Shown here: positions 38,920 to 50,533 of the stretch, in pieces
How positions within the stretch are numbered: the first letter of the stretch is position 1
Layout: every line of letters begins with the position of its first letter
IMG/VR virus record: IMGVR_UViG_3300050190_000082
Location: 1-64,000 of that record
DNA length: 64,000 bases
Strand: one strand, 5' to 3'
DNA from: a virus
Program-made: the position numbers and the translations under genes
Notes under the pieces: generated by a model
What the model saw: only the letters and a program-made list of their open reading frames with translations
Database searches by the model: none
Told to the model about the DNA's origin: nothing

Positions 38920-40034
38920 AAGCGATTAAGAAGAAACTTAATGTCAGTAAACTTTGGAGTTGGAGTAGATACAATAACTACAAAAACAGTTCCTATGAAT
39001 ATTACCTTAAATACATAGCAAAAGTTAAAGAAGACAGAGATGATGCGATTTATGGTGTCAGTGGGAACGCGTGTCATACTATTTTAGAGAACTTTTATTC
39101 TAAGCAAATTAAGTATGATGATATGTTACAAGCATATGAAGACGCATTATTTACATTCAATTCAGGTGAATTGAAATATGATAGAACAAATGAAGAAAAG
39201 AATAATAATATAGCAAAAAAATATGAAAGTTCTATTAGACATTTCTTCAGTAATCATGATATAATAAATAAGAAAGTAGAGATAGAAAAATTCATTACAA
39301 TAAAGATTAACAAATTTGTTTTCCAGGGATATATTGACTTTATACATAAAGAAGATGGTTGTTTTATTATCACAGACTGGAAAACATCTAGTATTTACAC
39401 TGGAAAGAAGATTAATAAGGAGAAAGGACAGTTAGTTCTATATGCAGAAGGAATTAAACAACTAGGAGTCCCTTTAGAAAAGATAAAGATTAGATGGGAT
39501 TTTCTTAAATATGTGACGGTAGAGGTTTTACAAGCTAACGGTAAAATTACTGAGAGGAATATTGCTAGAAATATAATTGGTACTAGTCTGGTTTCAAATG
39601 CTAAGATGTGGTTAAAGAAAGAGAAATGTTACTCTGAAGAAGAAATTGATTCATATTTAGAATTATTGTCTATGACAAATGATTTATCTTGTCTTCCAGA
39701 CAATGTACAGTCTAAATATAAAGTTAAAGATTGCTTTGTATATATTCCTTTTACACAAGATGAAATTGACAATTTGAAAGCAGATATCGTTGATACTATC
39801 GTTGAAATTAGTAAAAAAGAGAGTGAATACCTTAAAACAAAGGATGAAAACGTATGGTGGGAGGAAATTAGTGATGCAGAATCATACTTCTTTGCAAACC
39901 TAAGTGGGTATAGTAGTTTCTTACATAAGCCCTATGCGGAATATTTAAATAAAAGAATGTCATTTAATAATTCTCAAGATAGTAAGGTAGATGATGAGGA
40001 TGACTTAAAATGGCTAGAAGGATTACTAGATTAG
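38892..40034 (+). CDS. PD-(D/E)XK (RecB/Cas4-like) nuclease
   Basis: SWSR, G..CH..LE, E..., GYID, DWKTS, QL.LY. Confidence 0.85.
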   Translation: MARKTGEELEAIKKKLNVSKLWSWSRYNNYKNSSYEYYLKYIAKVKEDRDDAIYGVSGNACHTILENFYSKQIKYDDMLQAYEDALFTFNSGELKYDRTNEEKNNNIAKKYESSIRHFFSNHDIINKKVEIEKFITIKINKFVFQGYIDFIHKEDGCFIITDWKTSSIYTGKKINKEKGQLVLYAEGIKQLGVPLEKIKIRWDFLKYVTVEVLQANGKITERNIARNIIGTSLVSNAKMWLKKEKCYSEEEIDSYLELLSMTNDLSCLPDNVQSKYKVKDCFVYIPFTQDEIDNLKADIVDTIVEISKKESEYLKTKDENVWWEEISDAESYFFANLSGYSSFLHKPYAEYLNKRMSFNNSQDSKVDDEDDLKWLEGLLD

Positions 40035-40045
40035 GAGGACTTATT

Positions 40046-43000
40046 TTGGATAATTTTACAGTTTATCACCTTCATGACGATACAAGTAATTGCAATGGTT
40101 ATGCAGATTCATGCTCTAATTATAAGGAATATATAAAATTGGCTAAAAAACAGAGCATGAAGTCAATTGCATTCTCCAATCACGGAGGAATGTACGATTG
40201 GATGAAGAAAAAACAGGATTGTGATAAAGCAGGGATTAAATATATACATGGTATTGAAGCGTATCTATGTACTAAATTTGAATCAGATGAAAGAGGATAC
40301 CATATTGGATTATATGCTAAAAACTATGAAGGGGTATTGGAGTTAAATTCATTAAATTCTAAATCTACATCCAAAGGCAAACTAGATGATAAAACTGATA
40401 GACGTATGTATTATAATCCTAGAATATCTCTTGAAGAATTAATGAATACAAGCGAGAATATTATTGTTACAACTGCTTGTTTAGCTTCGATCTTATGGAG
40501 AAAAAAAAATGACGAGGATGATTATGTACTGACGTTCCTTGAATGGATGTCTAAGAATAGTCATAGATGTTTTTTAGAGATCCAATATCACATTCATATA
40601 CAACAAGTTGAATATAATATGTTATTATGGAATTGGAGCAAACAATATAATATACCTCTAATTGCAGGTACGGATACACATTCATCTTCAAAATACAAAG
40701 CTGAATGCAGAAAAATTCTTCAAATATCAAAGGATAGTTTTTATGGAGATGAAGATGCGTTTGATTTAACGTGGAAGACCTTCGATGAATTAGTTGAATG
40801 TTTTAAAACCCAAAATGCATTACCAGAAGATGTGTGGATGTGTGCTATAGAAAATACAAACAAACTCGCTGATATGGTAGAGGAGTTTAAATTAGATAAA
40901 TCATTCAAATACCCTAATCTATATGGTGATAATGCAATAGATGTTTGGAAGAAATCTATTGGAAAGAAACTACAATATAAAGTTGTCAATAAAATAATTG
41001 ATGTTAAACGTATTGGGGAGTATAAATTAAAGATAAAAGAAGAATTCTCTGCTATGAAGAAACAAAACATGGAAAGTTTCATGATGTTTATGGCAGAGCT
41101 GGTTGATTATTGTAATAAAAATGATATTCCGTATGGTTTTTGTCGTGGTTCTGTTGGTGGTAGTGAAATTGCCTTTATTACAGATATTACTGATGTAGAT
41201 CCTCTAAGGTGGAATACTGTATTCTCAAGGTTCTGTAATGCAGAAAGGGTTTCTCTTGCGGATATTGACATAGATTTTGCGCCAGAAGACCGTGTAAAAG
41301 TTTATGAATTTATCATCAATAGATTTACACCTGAGAAAACCGCATATATATCATCGTTTTTAACATTGAAAGATAGAGGAACTATTGACGCATTAGCTAA
41401 AGGTTTAAAATATGAAGACTTAGATGAAGTAATGGGTATTAAAAATCAATTTGATAAGCTGTTTGATGAGTATTCTAAGATTATTCAAGAGGAGGTTAAC
41501 TTAGAAGAATTAGAAGAGGTGGATTCTAAGTCTGTTGACTTTGACTATCACGATGTTTATTGTAACAGAATAAGAAATATTAAGTCTTTAACTAGAGCAA
41601 ATAATTTAAAGAAGGAATTTCAAAATCTTAAAGATAGTAATAAGGATTTATTTTATTACTTTGATGGATTAAAAGGAACTATTATTGCAAAGGGCACTCA
41701 CCCAGCAGGTATTATTGGATCGCCTATTACACTTGCCGATAACTTAGGTGTTTATTACAAGAATGGAGATGAGTCTCAACCTGTATCAATATGTGCTATG
41801 AAAGCAGTAGACTCAGTGAACTTTGTTAAATTTGATATTCTAGGACTAAAAGCTGTTGGTATTATGAAAGATATATACAAATATATTAATTCTAATTATC
41901 TAAAAGCTCATGAAATTGATTGGAACGATAATAATGTTTGGGACAATATGGTTACATCAAGTGTTGGAGTCTTCCAATTTGAAGGTGATTATGCTTACTC
42001 GTTACTTAAAGACTTCAAACCGCGCTTTATTAATGATATGTCTTTGGTAAACGCTGCACTGCGTCCATCTGGAAAATCGTACAGGGATAGACTGATTAGA
42101 AAAGAACTTAATGTAAATCCTTCAGAACAATTAGATACTTTATTGCAAGATAATTATGGTTATCTGGTTTATCAGGAAGACACTATTAAATTCTTAACTG
42201 ATATTTGTGGTTTTAGTGGGTCTTTAGCAGACACTACAAGAAGAGCAATTGGAAAAAAAGATATTGTCTTACTTACTGAGCAACTACCAAAGATACTTGA
42301 AGGATATTGTAATAAGTCTAATAAACCAAGAGAAGAAGCAGAAGAAGAGGTAAAACAATTCCTTCAAATCATTGATGATAGTTCGGAATATCAATTTGGA
42401 TATAATCATTCCACGGGTTACAGTATGAATGGGTACGCAGAGACTAGACTAAGAACCTACTACCCTTTAGAATTTGTTACAGCATACTTAAATAGATCAG
42501 AAAACACTGAGGATACCAATAGAGGTATAGCACTTGCACAACAATTAAATATTAAGATTAATCCTATTTCATTTGGAAAATCAGTTGCAGAATATACATA
42601 TGATAAAAAAGAAAACAGTATCTACAAAGGTATTGCATCAATTAAATTTCTTAATGAACAAGTCCCAACTGAATTATATGCTTTAGCACAACAAAAGGAT
42701 TATGTAGATTTTATTGATTTACTGAGCGATATAAAAACCACTTGTGTAAATACTAGACAACTTAAAATTCTAACAGGATTGAATTTCTTTAGAAAGTTTG
42801 GTAAAAATAAAAAACTTCTACACATTATAGAATTATTTGACAAACTTGCTTCATGTAAACAAATTAACTTCAAGAATATTTCCAAACTTAATATTAATGA
42901 AAAAATGTTGCAAAAATATAGTAATAAAACAACGGAAACATTGTACAAAGAACTAGATATGATGGGATATATCAGAGAAGTAATTCAAACTTTTGAAGAT

Positions 43001-43342
43001 AAGCCATTATCAATCAAAGAACAGGTAAAATTTGAGATGGAGTTCCTAGAATACACAGAATACATAAATGAAAGTGCAGGAGAAGGATTTTATATTATCA
43101 CCAAATTTGAAACATACAAAGATAAAACTAAACCATATATAACTATGAGACAAGTAAAAACAGGGATAGATATGAAGACAAAAATTAAAGATGGTAAGAT
43201 TTATGTAGAAAATCCATTCAAACTGTATGATGTTTTAAAAGTAAACTCGTTTAAGACGCAATACAAAACTAAGAACGTAGGGGGTAAATGGATGAAATCA
43301 AATGAACTAGAAGAAATCCTTGTAGGTTATGAAGTATATTAA
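40046..43342 (+). CDS. dnaE: DNA polymerase III alpha subunit
   Basis: PHP domain HLH..., RGSVGGS, FSRF, DIDIDF, HPAG, KFDILGL, YQE, GYNHST; TTG 40046 after SD AGGAGG (track start 40010). Confidence 0.95.
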   Translation: MDNFTVYHLHDDTSNCNGYADSCSNYKEYIKLAKKQSMKSIAFSNHGGMYDWMKKKQDCDKAGIKYIHGIEAYLCTKFESDERGYHIGLYAKNYEGVLELNSLNSKSTSKGKLDDKTDRRMYYNPRISLEELMNTSENIIVTTACLASILWRKKNDEDDYVLTFLEWMSKNSHRCFLEIQYHIHIQQVEYNMLLWNWSKQYNIPLIAGTDTHSSSKYKAECRKILQISKDSFYGDEDAFDLTWKTFDELVECFKTQNALPEDVWMCAIENTNKLADMVEEFKLDKSFKYPNLYGDNAIDVWKKSIGKKLQYKVVNKIIDVKRIGEYKLKIKEEFSAMKKQNMESFMMFMAELVDYCNKNDIPYGFCRGSVGGSEIAFITDITDVDPLRWNTVFSRFCNAERVSLADIDIDFAPEDRVKVYEFIINRFTPEKTAYISSFLTLKDRGTIDALAKGLKYEDLDEVMGIKNQFDKLFDEYSKIIQEEVNLEELEEVDSKSVDFDYHDVYCNRIRNIKSLTRANNLKKEFQNLKDSNKDLFYYFDGLKGTIIAKGTHPAGIIGSPITLADNLGVYYKNGDESQPVSICAMKAVDSVNFVKFDILGLKAVGIMKDIYKYINSNYLKAHEIDWNDNNVWDNMVTSSVGVFQFEGDYAYSLLKDFKPRFINDMSLVNAALRPSGKSYRDRLIRKELNVNPSEQLDTLLQDNYGYLVYQEDTIKFLTDICGFSGSLADTTRRAIGKKDIVLLTEQLPKILEGYCNKSNKPREEAEEEVKQFLQIIDDSSEYQFGYNHSTGYSMNGYAETRLRTYYPLEFVTAYLNRSENTEDTNRGIALAQQLNIKINPISFGKSVAEYTYDKKENSIYKGIASIKFLNEQVPTELYALAQQKDYVDFIDLLSDIKTTCVNTRQLKILTGLNFFRKFGKNKKLLHIIELFDKLASCKQINFKNISKLNINEKMLQKYSNKTTETLYKELDMMGYIREVIQTFEDKPLSIKEQVKFEMEFLEYTEYINESAGEGFYIITKFETYKDKTKPYITMRQVKTGIDMKTKIKDGKIYVENPFKLYDVLKVNSFKTQYKTKNVGGKWMKSNELEEILVGYEVY

Positions 43343-43370
43343 ATATGTATATTAGAAAGTAGGCGAAACA

Positions 43371-45626
43371 TTGAAAGATAAAAATATAGTGGAGTTTCAA
43401 GGTACTGTAGTGGCTAACCCATACAATACTGAAGATTTCAAAATATATGGGTTAAATGTTGATTACATTAAGTTCCCTAATATTAAGACGAATAAATATG
43501 GCAATGTGAGTCTTATTGGTAATCTACCAGACCTTGAAGATGGTGTTGAGTTTAGTATAAAAGCGGAAGAAACAAACGGTAAGAATGGAATCTCTTATAA
43601 GTTTATTAATATCAAACGAGATAGGCCCAAAACAGAAGCATCAACTAGATTATTCTTACAAAGTATATTAGATAGTAATAGTCATGTTGATGAAGTTATG
43701 CGTGAATATCCAGACATTATTGATAGAGTTATTAATAATCGTCTGGATGATATTGATTTAAAGAAGTTATATAATATTGGCGAATTTCGTTTTGAAGTTA
43801 TTAAACGTAAAATCATTGAAAACTTTGCACTTGCAGAACTCGTTAGTGAGTTTAAAGGATTCATAGAATTCAAAGTATTAAAGATTCTTTATGATAAATA
43901 TGGTTGTATTGAGAAGATATTAGAAAAATTACAAGATAACCCATATATGTGCTTGTGCGGTCTGTCAAGGATTGCTTTTAAAACAGCAGATAAGATACTC
44001 CTAGAGTTTAATAAAGAGTGCATTAACATGAAAGAGAAAGGAGAAAAACCACCTATTGATTTCACTTTTGATCTAGTAACTTCGAGTCAAAGACAGAAAT
44101 CAGCTATTATGTTTTTACTAGGAGAGAATGAGAATGATGGCAATACTAAGATTGATATAAAAACACTTAGAAAACAATCTGAGGCAATAGCTAATAAATG
44201 TATTGAACACTTTGTTGATATTATTAAAAATGATGAGGACATACACTTTGACAAAGATACTCATACTGTTGCATTAGAAGAAACATATGAAACTGAAGAG
44301 TATATTGCTAATAAAATTTTACAAGGTTTGAAGGTAGAGAATAAATGGGATATAGACACGGAGAAATACAAAGTCAATTCTGAAGTAACCCTTACAGATC
44401 AACAGTATCAAGTTCTTCCTATGGTATGTAATTCAAATATATGTATTCTAAATGGTTTCGCCGGATCAGGCAAAAGTCAAACAACTAAATCAATTATAGA
44501 TATGTTAAAAGCTAATAATAAATCATTTATCTTATTAGCTCCTACAGGAAGGGCTGCTAAGGTACTCTCTGAGTTCACGAATGAACCTGCATCTACAATA
44601 CATCGTGGATTAGCTTATATACCTCCAGAATGGGGTTACAATGAAAAATATCCATTGCATTACGATGTAGCATTGGTAGATGAATTTTCTATGTGTGATG
44701 TATTCCTTATGAAACATTTACTTGAAGCAATTAACTTTGATAAAACAAAATTATTAATGATTGGAGATAGTTCACAAATTCCTTCTGTTGGAGCAGGAAA
44801 CGCTTTTTTTGACTTAATAAACTCAAAGTTAATTCCAATTGTTTCACTCACACAGATATTCAGATATGGAGAAGGAGGAGTTCTAACAGTAGCAACAAAA
44901 ACAAGAAATAGTGAAAAGTTTTTATGTGACTCACAAAAACCACAAATATTTGGAGAAGACAAAGGATATGTATTTATACCAACACAACAAGAAAAACTTA
45001 TAAACAATGTAACTAGTTTGTATAAAAAACTATTAGGTTCAGGTACTTTAAAAGAGGATATAATGATATTATCTTCTTATAATGTAGGTGAATATGGTAC
45101 TATTAATATAAATAAACACCTTCAACCTATATCTAATCCCAATGTTCTAAGGGGTGGAATAAATATTCAACTTGGAGATACTAAATTTTATGAAAATGAT
45201 CTAGTAATACAAACTATGAATAATTATAAAGCGAAAAAGTATGATGATGGATGGGCAGATGAAGAAGAAAAAATATTCATTGCAAATGGAGAAATAGGTA
45301 AAATAGTCAAGATAGAGTATGGCAAAGTAATTATACAGTTCGATGAGTTAGTTATTTATACTAAAAGTGATTTGTTAAATGTCAAATTATCATATAGTAT
45401 TAGCACTTTTAAGGCTCAAGGGGGTCAAGCAAAAATAGTCATTCTTATCACTCCTAAAGCACATACATTTATGCTTAATAGTAATTTAATCTACGTAGGT
45501 CAAACTAGATCAAAACAAAAAGTATTTCACTTTGGAGAAATAGAAACAGTTAATAGAGCAATCAAAAAGAAAGCTGACTTCAACAGAAAAACATACCTAA
45601 AAGAATTAGTTACAAATAATATATAA
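43371..45626 (+). CDS. recD2: RecD2-like SF1B helicase
   Basis: HhH N-terminus, GFAGSGKS, APTGRAA, VDEFSM, GD..QIPSVGAG, KAQG. Confidence 0.9.
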   Translation: MKDKNIVEFQGTVVANPYNTEDFKIYGLNVDYIKFPNIKTNKYGNVSLIGNLPDLEDGVEFSIKAEETNGKNGISYKFINIKRDRPKTEASTRLFLQSILDSNSHVDEVMREYPDIIDRVINNRLDDIDLKKLYNIGEFRFEVIKRKIIENFALAELVSEFKGFIEFKVLKILYDKYGCIEKILEKLQDNPYMCLCGLSRIAFKTADKILLEFNKECINMKEKGEKPPIDFTFDLVTSSQRQKSAIMFLLGENENDGNTKIDIKTLRKQSEAIANKCIEHFVDIIKNDEDIHFDKDTHTVALEETYETEEYIANKILQGLKVENKWDIDTEKYKVNSEVTLTDQQYQVLPMVCNSNICILNGFAGSGKSQTTKSIIDMLKANNKSFILLAPTGRAAKVLSEFTNEPASTIHRGLAYIPPEWGYNEKYPLHYDVALVDEFSMCDVFLMKHLLEAINFDKTKLLMIGDSSQIPSVGAGNAFFDLINSKLIPIVSLTQIFRYGEGGVLTVATKTRNSEKFLCDSQKPQIFGEDKGYVFIPTQQEKLINNVTSLYKKLLGSGTLKEDIMILSSYNVGEYGTININKHLQPISNPNVLRGGINIQLGDTKFYENDLVIQTMNNYKAKKYDDGWADEEEKIFIANGEIGKIVKIEYGKVIIQFDELVIYTKSDLLNVKLSYSISTFKAQGGQAKIVILITPKAHTFMLNSNLIYVGQTRSKQKVFHFGEIETVNRAIKKKADFNRKTYLKELVTNNI

Positions 45627-45631
45627 TATAT

Positions 45632-45660
45632 TTGACTTATTATATCCAACATGCTACAAT
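45632..45660 (+). promoter_or_regulatory. sigmaA promoter for nucleotide-metabolism genes
   Basis: TTGACT-17bp-TACAAT with TG; AATAATATATAATAT upstream. Confidence 0.75.
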
Positions 45661-45907
45661 AGTATACATAAGGATTCCATCCACAAAAACAAATTCTAAA
45701 CGAAAAGAGGTGGATTATCATGTGAATTTACATATTCTCAAATTATACATAAAGGTGGTGATAATGTGATATATGACCGTGAATGGCAAGAGTGTAGTAA
45801 AGAGGAGTACAATTTTCGGGATAGAATCAATTTTCGGTATGAAGTATGCGAAGCAAATGATGAAGTTACATATTTTAAGAGGAAAGTTAAAGTAATTACA
45901 TTCTACA

Positions 45908-46150
45908 ATGATAAGGAGCGTGGAGAATAAGTTGGCCGACCTGTCCATGTGTAAGAATATCAATAATAACTGTCCTAAAGCAAATTCTTGTCATAGATTC
46001 TTAGCAGAGAAAAGTGAAGAACAGATATTTATGAAATTCCATAATATATGCAAGGAATCAAACAATTACAAGTGGTATTGGGAAGAGAAACAAGAGATAA
46101 CTGTAAAAGTAGAAGAACCAATTATTAAGGAAGAAAGTGATACTAATTAA
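45908..46150 (+). CDS. Small Cys-rich hypothetical protein
   Basis: DLSMC...CP...CHRF motif; true start probably the TTG after AAGGAG. Confidence 0.55.
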   Translation: MIRSVENKLADLSMCKNINNNCPKANSCHRFLAEKSEEQIFMKFHNICKESNNYKWYWEEKQEITVKVEEPIIKEESDTN

Positions 46151-46325
46151 GATTATGGTTGAGTGTATCCATGAATGTGAAGGGTATATTTTAGGAGAAA
46201 AATATAAAATGATCAGTTGTTCAGGACAATATATTGAGGTTGAAAATTCTACAGGTTTTAGAGAGATTATGTCAGATAAATATTTTAGTGGTGCAGGTAA
46301 AAGATTGAGTAAAAATAATAAATAA
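46137..46325 (+). CDS. Hypothetical protein
   Basis: ORF within the operon. Confidence 0.5.
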   Translation: MILIKIMVECIHECEGYILGEKYKMISCSGQYIEVENSTGFREIMSDKYFSGAGKRLSKNNK

Positions 46326-46347
46326 TATAAAAGAATGGAGATAATAC

Positions 46348-48570
46348 ATGAATAATGTTACAAAAAGAGATGGCAGAATTATCACATTTAATAAGGATAA
46401 GATCACTAACGCAATTAAATTAGCAATGGTTAGGACAGAAAAGGGTATTGATGAAGCATTAGCTGTTGAAATATCAGAAAAAGTAAATAAAATGGACAAA
46501 AAAGAGATGAATGTTGAAGAAATTCAAGATTTAGTAGAACTTAAACTAATGGCAAGCTCAAGGAAAGATGTAGCAAAGGAGTTTATTACATATAGAAATA
46601 AAAGAAGTGAAGTAAGACAAAAAAATACAGAGTTAAATAAGAAGATTGAGAAAATTTTACTCTGTAATAATATTCAAAACTCTAATGCAAATGTTGATGA
46701 ATATTCTTTTGGTGGAAGAAAGTTTGAAAGTGCAGGATTATTACATAAAGATTTTGCAATGAATAATTTACTTAGAAGTGATGTTGCTGAAGCGTTTAAG
46801 GAAAATAGGATTTACATCCATGACTTTGATTCTTATGATATTGGAATGCATAATTGTTTATATATTGATATGGGTAAACTATTAAATGATGGATTTACAA
46901 CTAGAAATGGTGATGTAAGAGGAGCAAATTCAATCGGTAGTGCCATGCAATTAGTAGCAGTTATTTTTCAATGTCAATCGCAGATCCAGTTCGGGGGTGT
47001 AGGTAGTATTCACTTAGATATTGACCTAGCTCCTTTTGTAGCTAAATCTTTTAAAAAATTATTCTGCAAAGGATTGTTTTACTTCGATAGTATTAAAGAC
47101 CCAAAGGAATATATTGTTGCTAGTGAATTAGAAGTTAAATTAGATAATGTAAAATATTTGCAATATAAGTTTCCTAAAGCAACAAATTATGCTTTATTAG
47201 AATTAGATAAAGATGGGTTACAATCTGCTCAAGCAATGTTTCATAATCTAAACACTCTAGAATCTCGTCCAGGTTCACAATTACCTTTTACATCAGTTAA
47301 CTATGGTAGGGATATTACAACAGAAGGAAGGATGGTTTCTGAGTGGCTGTTGAAGGCTAGTATTGATGGTATTGGTAAATATCACACCACAAGTATTTTC
47401 CCTATCAGTATTTTTCAATATAAGAAAGGGACTAATGATGTTGTAGGGACTCCTAATTATGATATAAAAAGATTAGCAATTAAATCAATGTGTAAGAGGA
47501 TTTATCCTAACTGGGTTAATGGTGATTTCAGTAGCAATATTGAAGATGAAAATGATCCAAATACCTTCATGAGTACAATGGGTTGCCGAACTTCCATAGG
47601 GGATGATGTTCATGGATTAGGGTTTTCTAAACTTGGAAGAGGAAATATTTCACCTGTCACAATTGATTTGCCAAAGTTAGGGATTAAACATGGTATTTGT
47701 TTAGGTAATGAATTAGATTTAAAAGGATTCTGGGAAGAATTAGATGAAGTATTAAAACTTACTGTGCAAGCACTAGTCGATAGGTTTTATCATATCTGTA
47801 ATCAATCGGTTAAGTCTGCACCATTCATGTACAAAAATGGAACAGTCGCAGATTCAGAAAGTGCTTTGAAAAATGGTGTATATGAGTCAATGAAACATGG
47901 GACTAATGCAATAGGATATATCGGAGTTGCAGAAATGTGTCAAGCAATGTTTGGAAAGAATCATGCCGAATCTGAAGAAGTAAAGGAATTTGCATTAGAA
48001 GTAATTGTACATATGTGGGAACACGCAAAACAGGCTAATATTGATCACAATTTAAACTTTAGCCTTTATGCAACCCCAGCAGAAAACCTTTGTAAAACAA
48101 TGATGGTAGGACTTAAAGAGGAATTTGGTGTCATTCCTAATGTCACAGAAAAGGATTATCTTACAAATTCTCATCATGTTCCAGTATGGCAGGAAATTTC
48201 AATCTTTGATAAGTTAAAAGTAGAAGCTCCATTCTGTAAATATCCTACTGGTGGTTGCATTACATATGTTGAGTTAGATAGTTCAATTATTCATAATGAA
48301 GAAGCAGTAGAAAAGATTATTGACTATGCAATGGCATTAGATATTCCTTATATGGCATTTAACTTTCCAATTGATTCTTGCTTAGATTGTGGATACCAAA
48401 GTGAATTTAATAATGCTTGCCCTATTTGTATGAGTGAGAATATCCAACAACTACGAAGGGTTACAGGATATCTAAGCACAGACTTTAGAAACTTTAATGA
48501 AGGGAAGAAGCAAGAAATAAATGATAGGGTAAAGCATTCATTGTTTACAGACTTTACAAAAGGTGAATAA
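46348..48570 (+). CDS. nrdD: Anaerobic (class III) ribonucleotide reductase
   Basis: ATP cone VTKRDG, HNC, MGCR, TPAE, TNS.H, CxxC..CPxC, RRVTGY. Confidence 0.97.
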   Translation: MNNVTKRDGRIITFNKDKITNAIKLAMVRTEKGIDEALAVEISEKVNKMDKKEMNVEEIQDLVELKLMASSRKDVAKEFITYRNKRSEVRQKNTELNKKIEKILLCNNIQNSNANVDEYSFGGRKFESAGLLHKDFAMNNLLRSDVAEAFKENRIYIHDFDSYDIGMHNCLYIDMGKLLNDGFTTRNGDVRGANSIGSAMQLVAVIFQCQSQIQFGGVGSIHLDIDLAPFVAKSFKKLFCKGLFYFDSIKDPKEYIVASELEVKLDNVKYLQYKFPKATNYALLELDKDGLQSAQAMFHNLNTLESRPGSQLPFTSVNYGRDITTEGRMVSEWLLKASIDGIGKYHTTSIFPISIFQYKKGTNDVVGTPNYDIKRLAIKSMCKRIYPNWVNGDFSSNIEDENDPNTFMSTMGCRTSIGDDVHGLGFSKLGRGNISPVTIDLPKLGIKHGICLGNELDLKGFWEELDEVLKLTVQALVDRFYHICNQSVKSAPFMYKNGTVADSESALKNGVYESMKHGTNAIGYIGVAEMCQAMFGKNHAESEEVKEFALEVIVHMWEHAKQANIDHNLNFSLYATPAENLCKTMMVGLKEEFGVIPNVTEKDYLTNSHHVPVWQEISIFDKLKVEAPFCKYPTGGCITYVELDSSIIHNEEAVEKIIDYAMALDIPYMAFNFPIDSCLDCGYQSEFNNACPICMSENIQQLRRVTGYLSTDFRNFNEGKKQEINDRVKHSLFTDFTKGE

Positions 48571-49077
48571 ATGCATATAAGTGGACTTGTAAATGAAAGT
48601 TTAGTGGATGGAATAGGGATTAGGACAACCATTTTCATTAGTGGTTGTCGCCACTTCTGTAAAGGATGTCAGAATCCAGAGACACATAATTTTAAGAGAG
48701 GAGTTGAATTTGACGAAGAATTACAATGGAAAGTAATAGACGATATAAGGAATAATCCTCTTATCCAAGGTATTACATTATCGGGTGGAGACCCTATGTT
48801 CTCTGCAAAAGAATTAGTAGAGTTTGTTGAATTTGCTAAAAGTGAACTTAATAATATAAACATATGGTGCTACACTGGATTCACATATGAAATGATTAGA
48901 AGTGGCAATGACGTAGATATGATTGATTTACTTAAACTATGTAATGTTTTGGTTGATGGAAAATTTATATTAGAACAAAAAGATATTACATTATCATTTA
49001 GAGGTAGTGGGAATCAAAGAATTATTGATGTTAAAGAAAGTTTAAAGCAAGGTATTGTTATTAAGTTAATGGATTAA
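48571..49077 (+). CDS. nrdG: Anaerobic RNR activating enzyme (radical SAM)
   Basis: DG.GIR, CRHFCKGC, SGGDP, FRGS.NQRIID. Confidence 0.95.
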   Translation: MHISGLVNESLVDGIGIRTTIFISGCRHFCKGCQNPETHNFKRGVEFDEELQWKVIDDIRNNPLIQGITLSGGDPMFSAKELVEFVEFAKSELNNINIWCYTGFTYEMIRSGNDVDMIDLLKLCNVLVDGKFILEQKDITLSFRGSGNQRIIDVKESLKQGIVIKLMD

Positions 49078-49101
49078 ATATAATAAAAGGAGTTTAGATA
49101 A

Positions 49102-49530
49102 ATGAACATTAAAATTAAATACTTCAGTAATGAAATCGAGAAAGTATCAAAAATTACTAATGGTGATTGGATTGATTTACGTTCTGCAATCAATCGTGTT
49201 ATTCCAAAAGGAGAATTTGCTTTAATTCCTCTAGGTGTTGGTATGATACTTCCTGAAGGATATGAGGCTCATATTGTTCCACGCTCAAGTACATATAAAA
49301 ACTTTGGAGTTATTCAAACTAATCATATGGGAGTAGTAGATGAATCATACAAAGGAGACCGAGATCAGTGGTTTTTCCCTGCATTTGCACTAAGAGATAC
49401 TGTAATTAAACTAAATGATAGGATTTGTCAGTTTAGGATTGAAAAGAAAATGCCAGAAGTAGAGTTTGAAGAAGTAGAATCTCTTGAAGATGTAAATCGT
49501 GGTGGATTTGGGAGTACAGGGGAAAATTAA
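49102..49530 (+). CDS. dut: Trimeric dUTPase
   Basis: [30 protein letters not shown]. Confidence 0.95.
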   Translation: MNIKIKYFSNEIEKVSKITNGDWIDLRSAINRVIPKGEFALIPLGVGMILPEGYEAHIVPRSSTYKNFGVIQTNHMGVVDESYKGDRDQWFFPAFALRDTVIKLNDRICQFRIEKKMPEVEFEEVESLEDVNRGGFGSTGEN

Positions 49531-49613
49531 GATCAATATTCCTTTAAAAGTAATATTTTAATGGAAAAGAAATTAGGGCTTTATAATTTAAGTATAAAAT
49601 CAGATATAAAGCC

Positions 49614-49642
49614 CTACAACCGTTGGTGCATAAGGGTTTCAG
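49614..49642. repeat. 29-bp 11-7-11 imperfect dyad, copy 2
   Basis: CTACAACCGTT-ggtgcat-AAGGGTTTCAG. Confidence 0.6.
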
Positions 49643-49971
49643 AGGTTGATTATTAAAATATCCTAAAACACTAGCAAAATGGCTATTTTAAGGTAAATAC
49701 CCATAATAGATTAAAACTTATCTTTTATTCTATAGTAAATCCAACAACAGGAAGGAGGTGACAGAAAAGAAAGGAGAAGAACATAATGGACATATTAATT
49801 AAGTGGTTAACAAAACAAATAAACATTCCTAAAAATTTACATAATGAAAACACCTATATGTGGAGTAAAGGATATAGAAAAGCTTGCTCAGATATTTTAG
49901 AGTTTATAAATAAAATTGAAAATAAGTAAGTTCAAATTTTAAAAGAAATTTTAAAGGCAATTAAGAAAGGA

Positions 49972-50205
49972 ATGATAAAAATGAAATTACTCTGTGTTAA
50001 TACAGTAATTATGTCGGTAAGTGGAGAACAGTCATTTACCAAAGGGAAAGAATATAAAAGTTATAAATCTACTCGTAAGGTTGATTATGATATTGAAAAA
50101 GTTATCTGTGCAAAGAATGATCATGGAGAAAGTCATATTATTAAAAATGAACAAAATTCTAGTTTAGATGATTTCTATTATCATAATTTTAAGGAGATAA
50201 AGTAA
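49972..50205 (+). CDS. Hypothetical protein
   Basis: C...V.M...FTKGKEY...ND.G..H.I motif. Confidence 0.6.
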   Translation: MIKMKLLCVNTVIMSVSGEQSFTKGKEYKSYKSTRKVDYDIEKVICAKNDHGESHIIKNEQNSSLDDFYYHNFKEIK

Positions 50206-50490
50206 TAATCTTGGAAATAGAAAGGATGTATTAATATAGAAGATAGACTGGTTACGTTCACAGAGGCTCTATTCGCAAAGAAACTTGGGTTTAAAATTTA
50301 CGGTGTCACTGATAAGGGAACGCCAACAAATTGGAATCCAGAAACTCAAAATATGGTTTCTTGGTACGCAGTAGAAAAAGGCAAATGGTATATCAAAGGT
50401 GGTGAATAATAAAAAAGTATTAGGTAAGTATAAATCTAGCTTAGAATAAATAACCATTCAAACCGAAATTTTATTTGGGGGAAGGAGGAC

Positions 50491-50533
50491 GGACAGAAAA
50501 GACCGTGGTGTTCAAATACGGTCTTTTCTGTCC
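50491..50533. terminator. Perfect 16-bp inverted repeat (terminator or structured RNA)
   Basis: GGACAGAAAAGACCGT-11 nt-ACGGTCTTTTCTGTCC. Confidence 0.65.

Noticed and set aside
38892-40034. cas4 / CRISPR association
   Set aside because: No Fe-S cysteine set, no array and no other cas genes; ordinary phage replication nuclease context.
40046-48570. Inteins or introns in dnaE, recD2 or nrdD
   Set aside because: ORFs are continuous, of normal length, and show no intein terminal motifs.
50500-50525. GTTCAAAT resembling a tRNA T-loop
   Set aside because: It is the loop of one long hairpin; no cloverleaf can be built.
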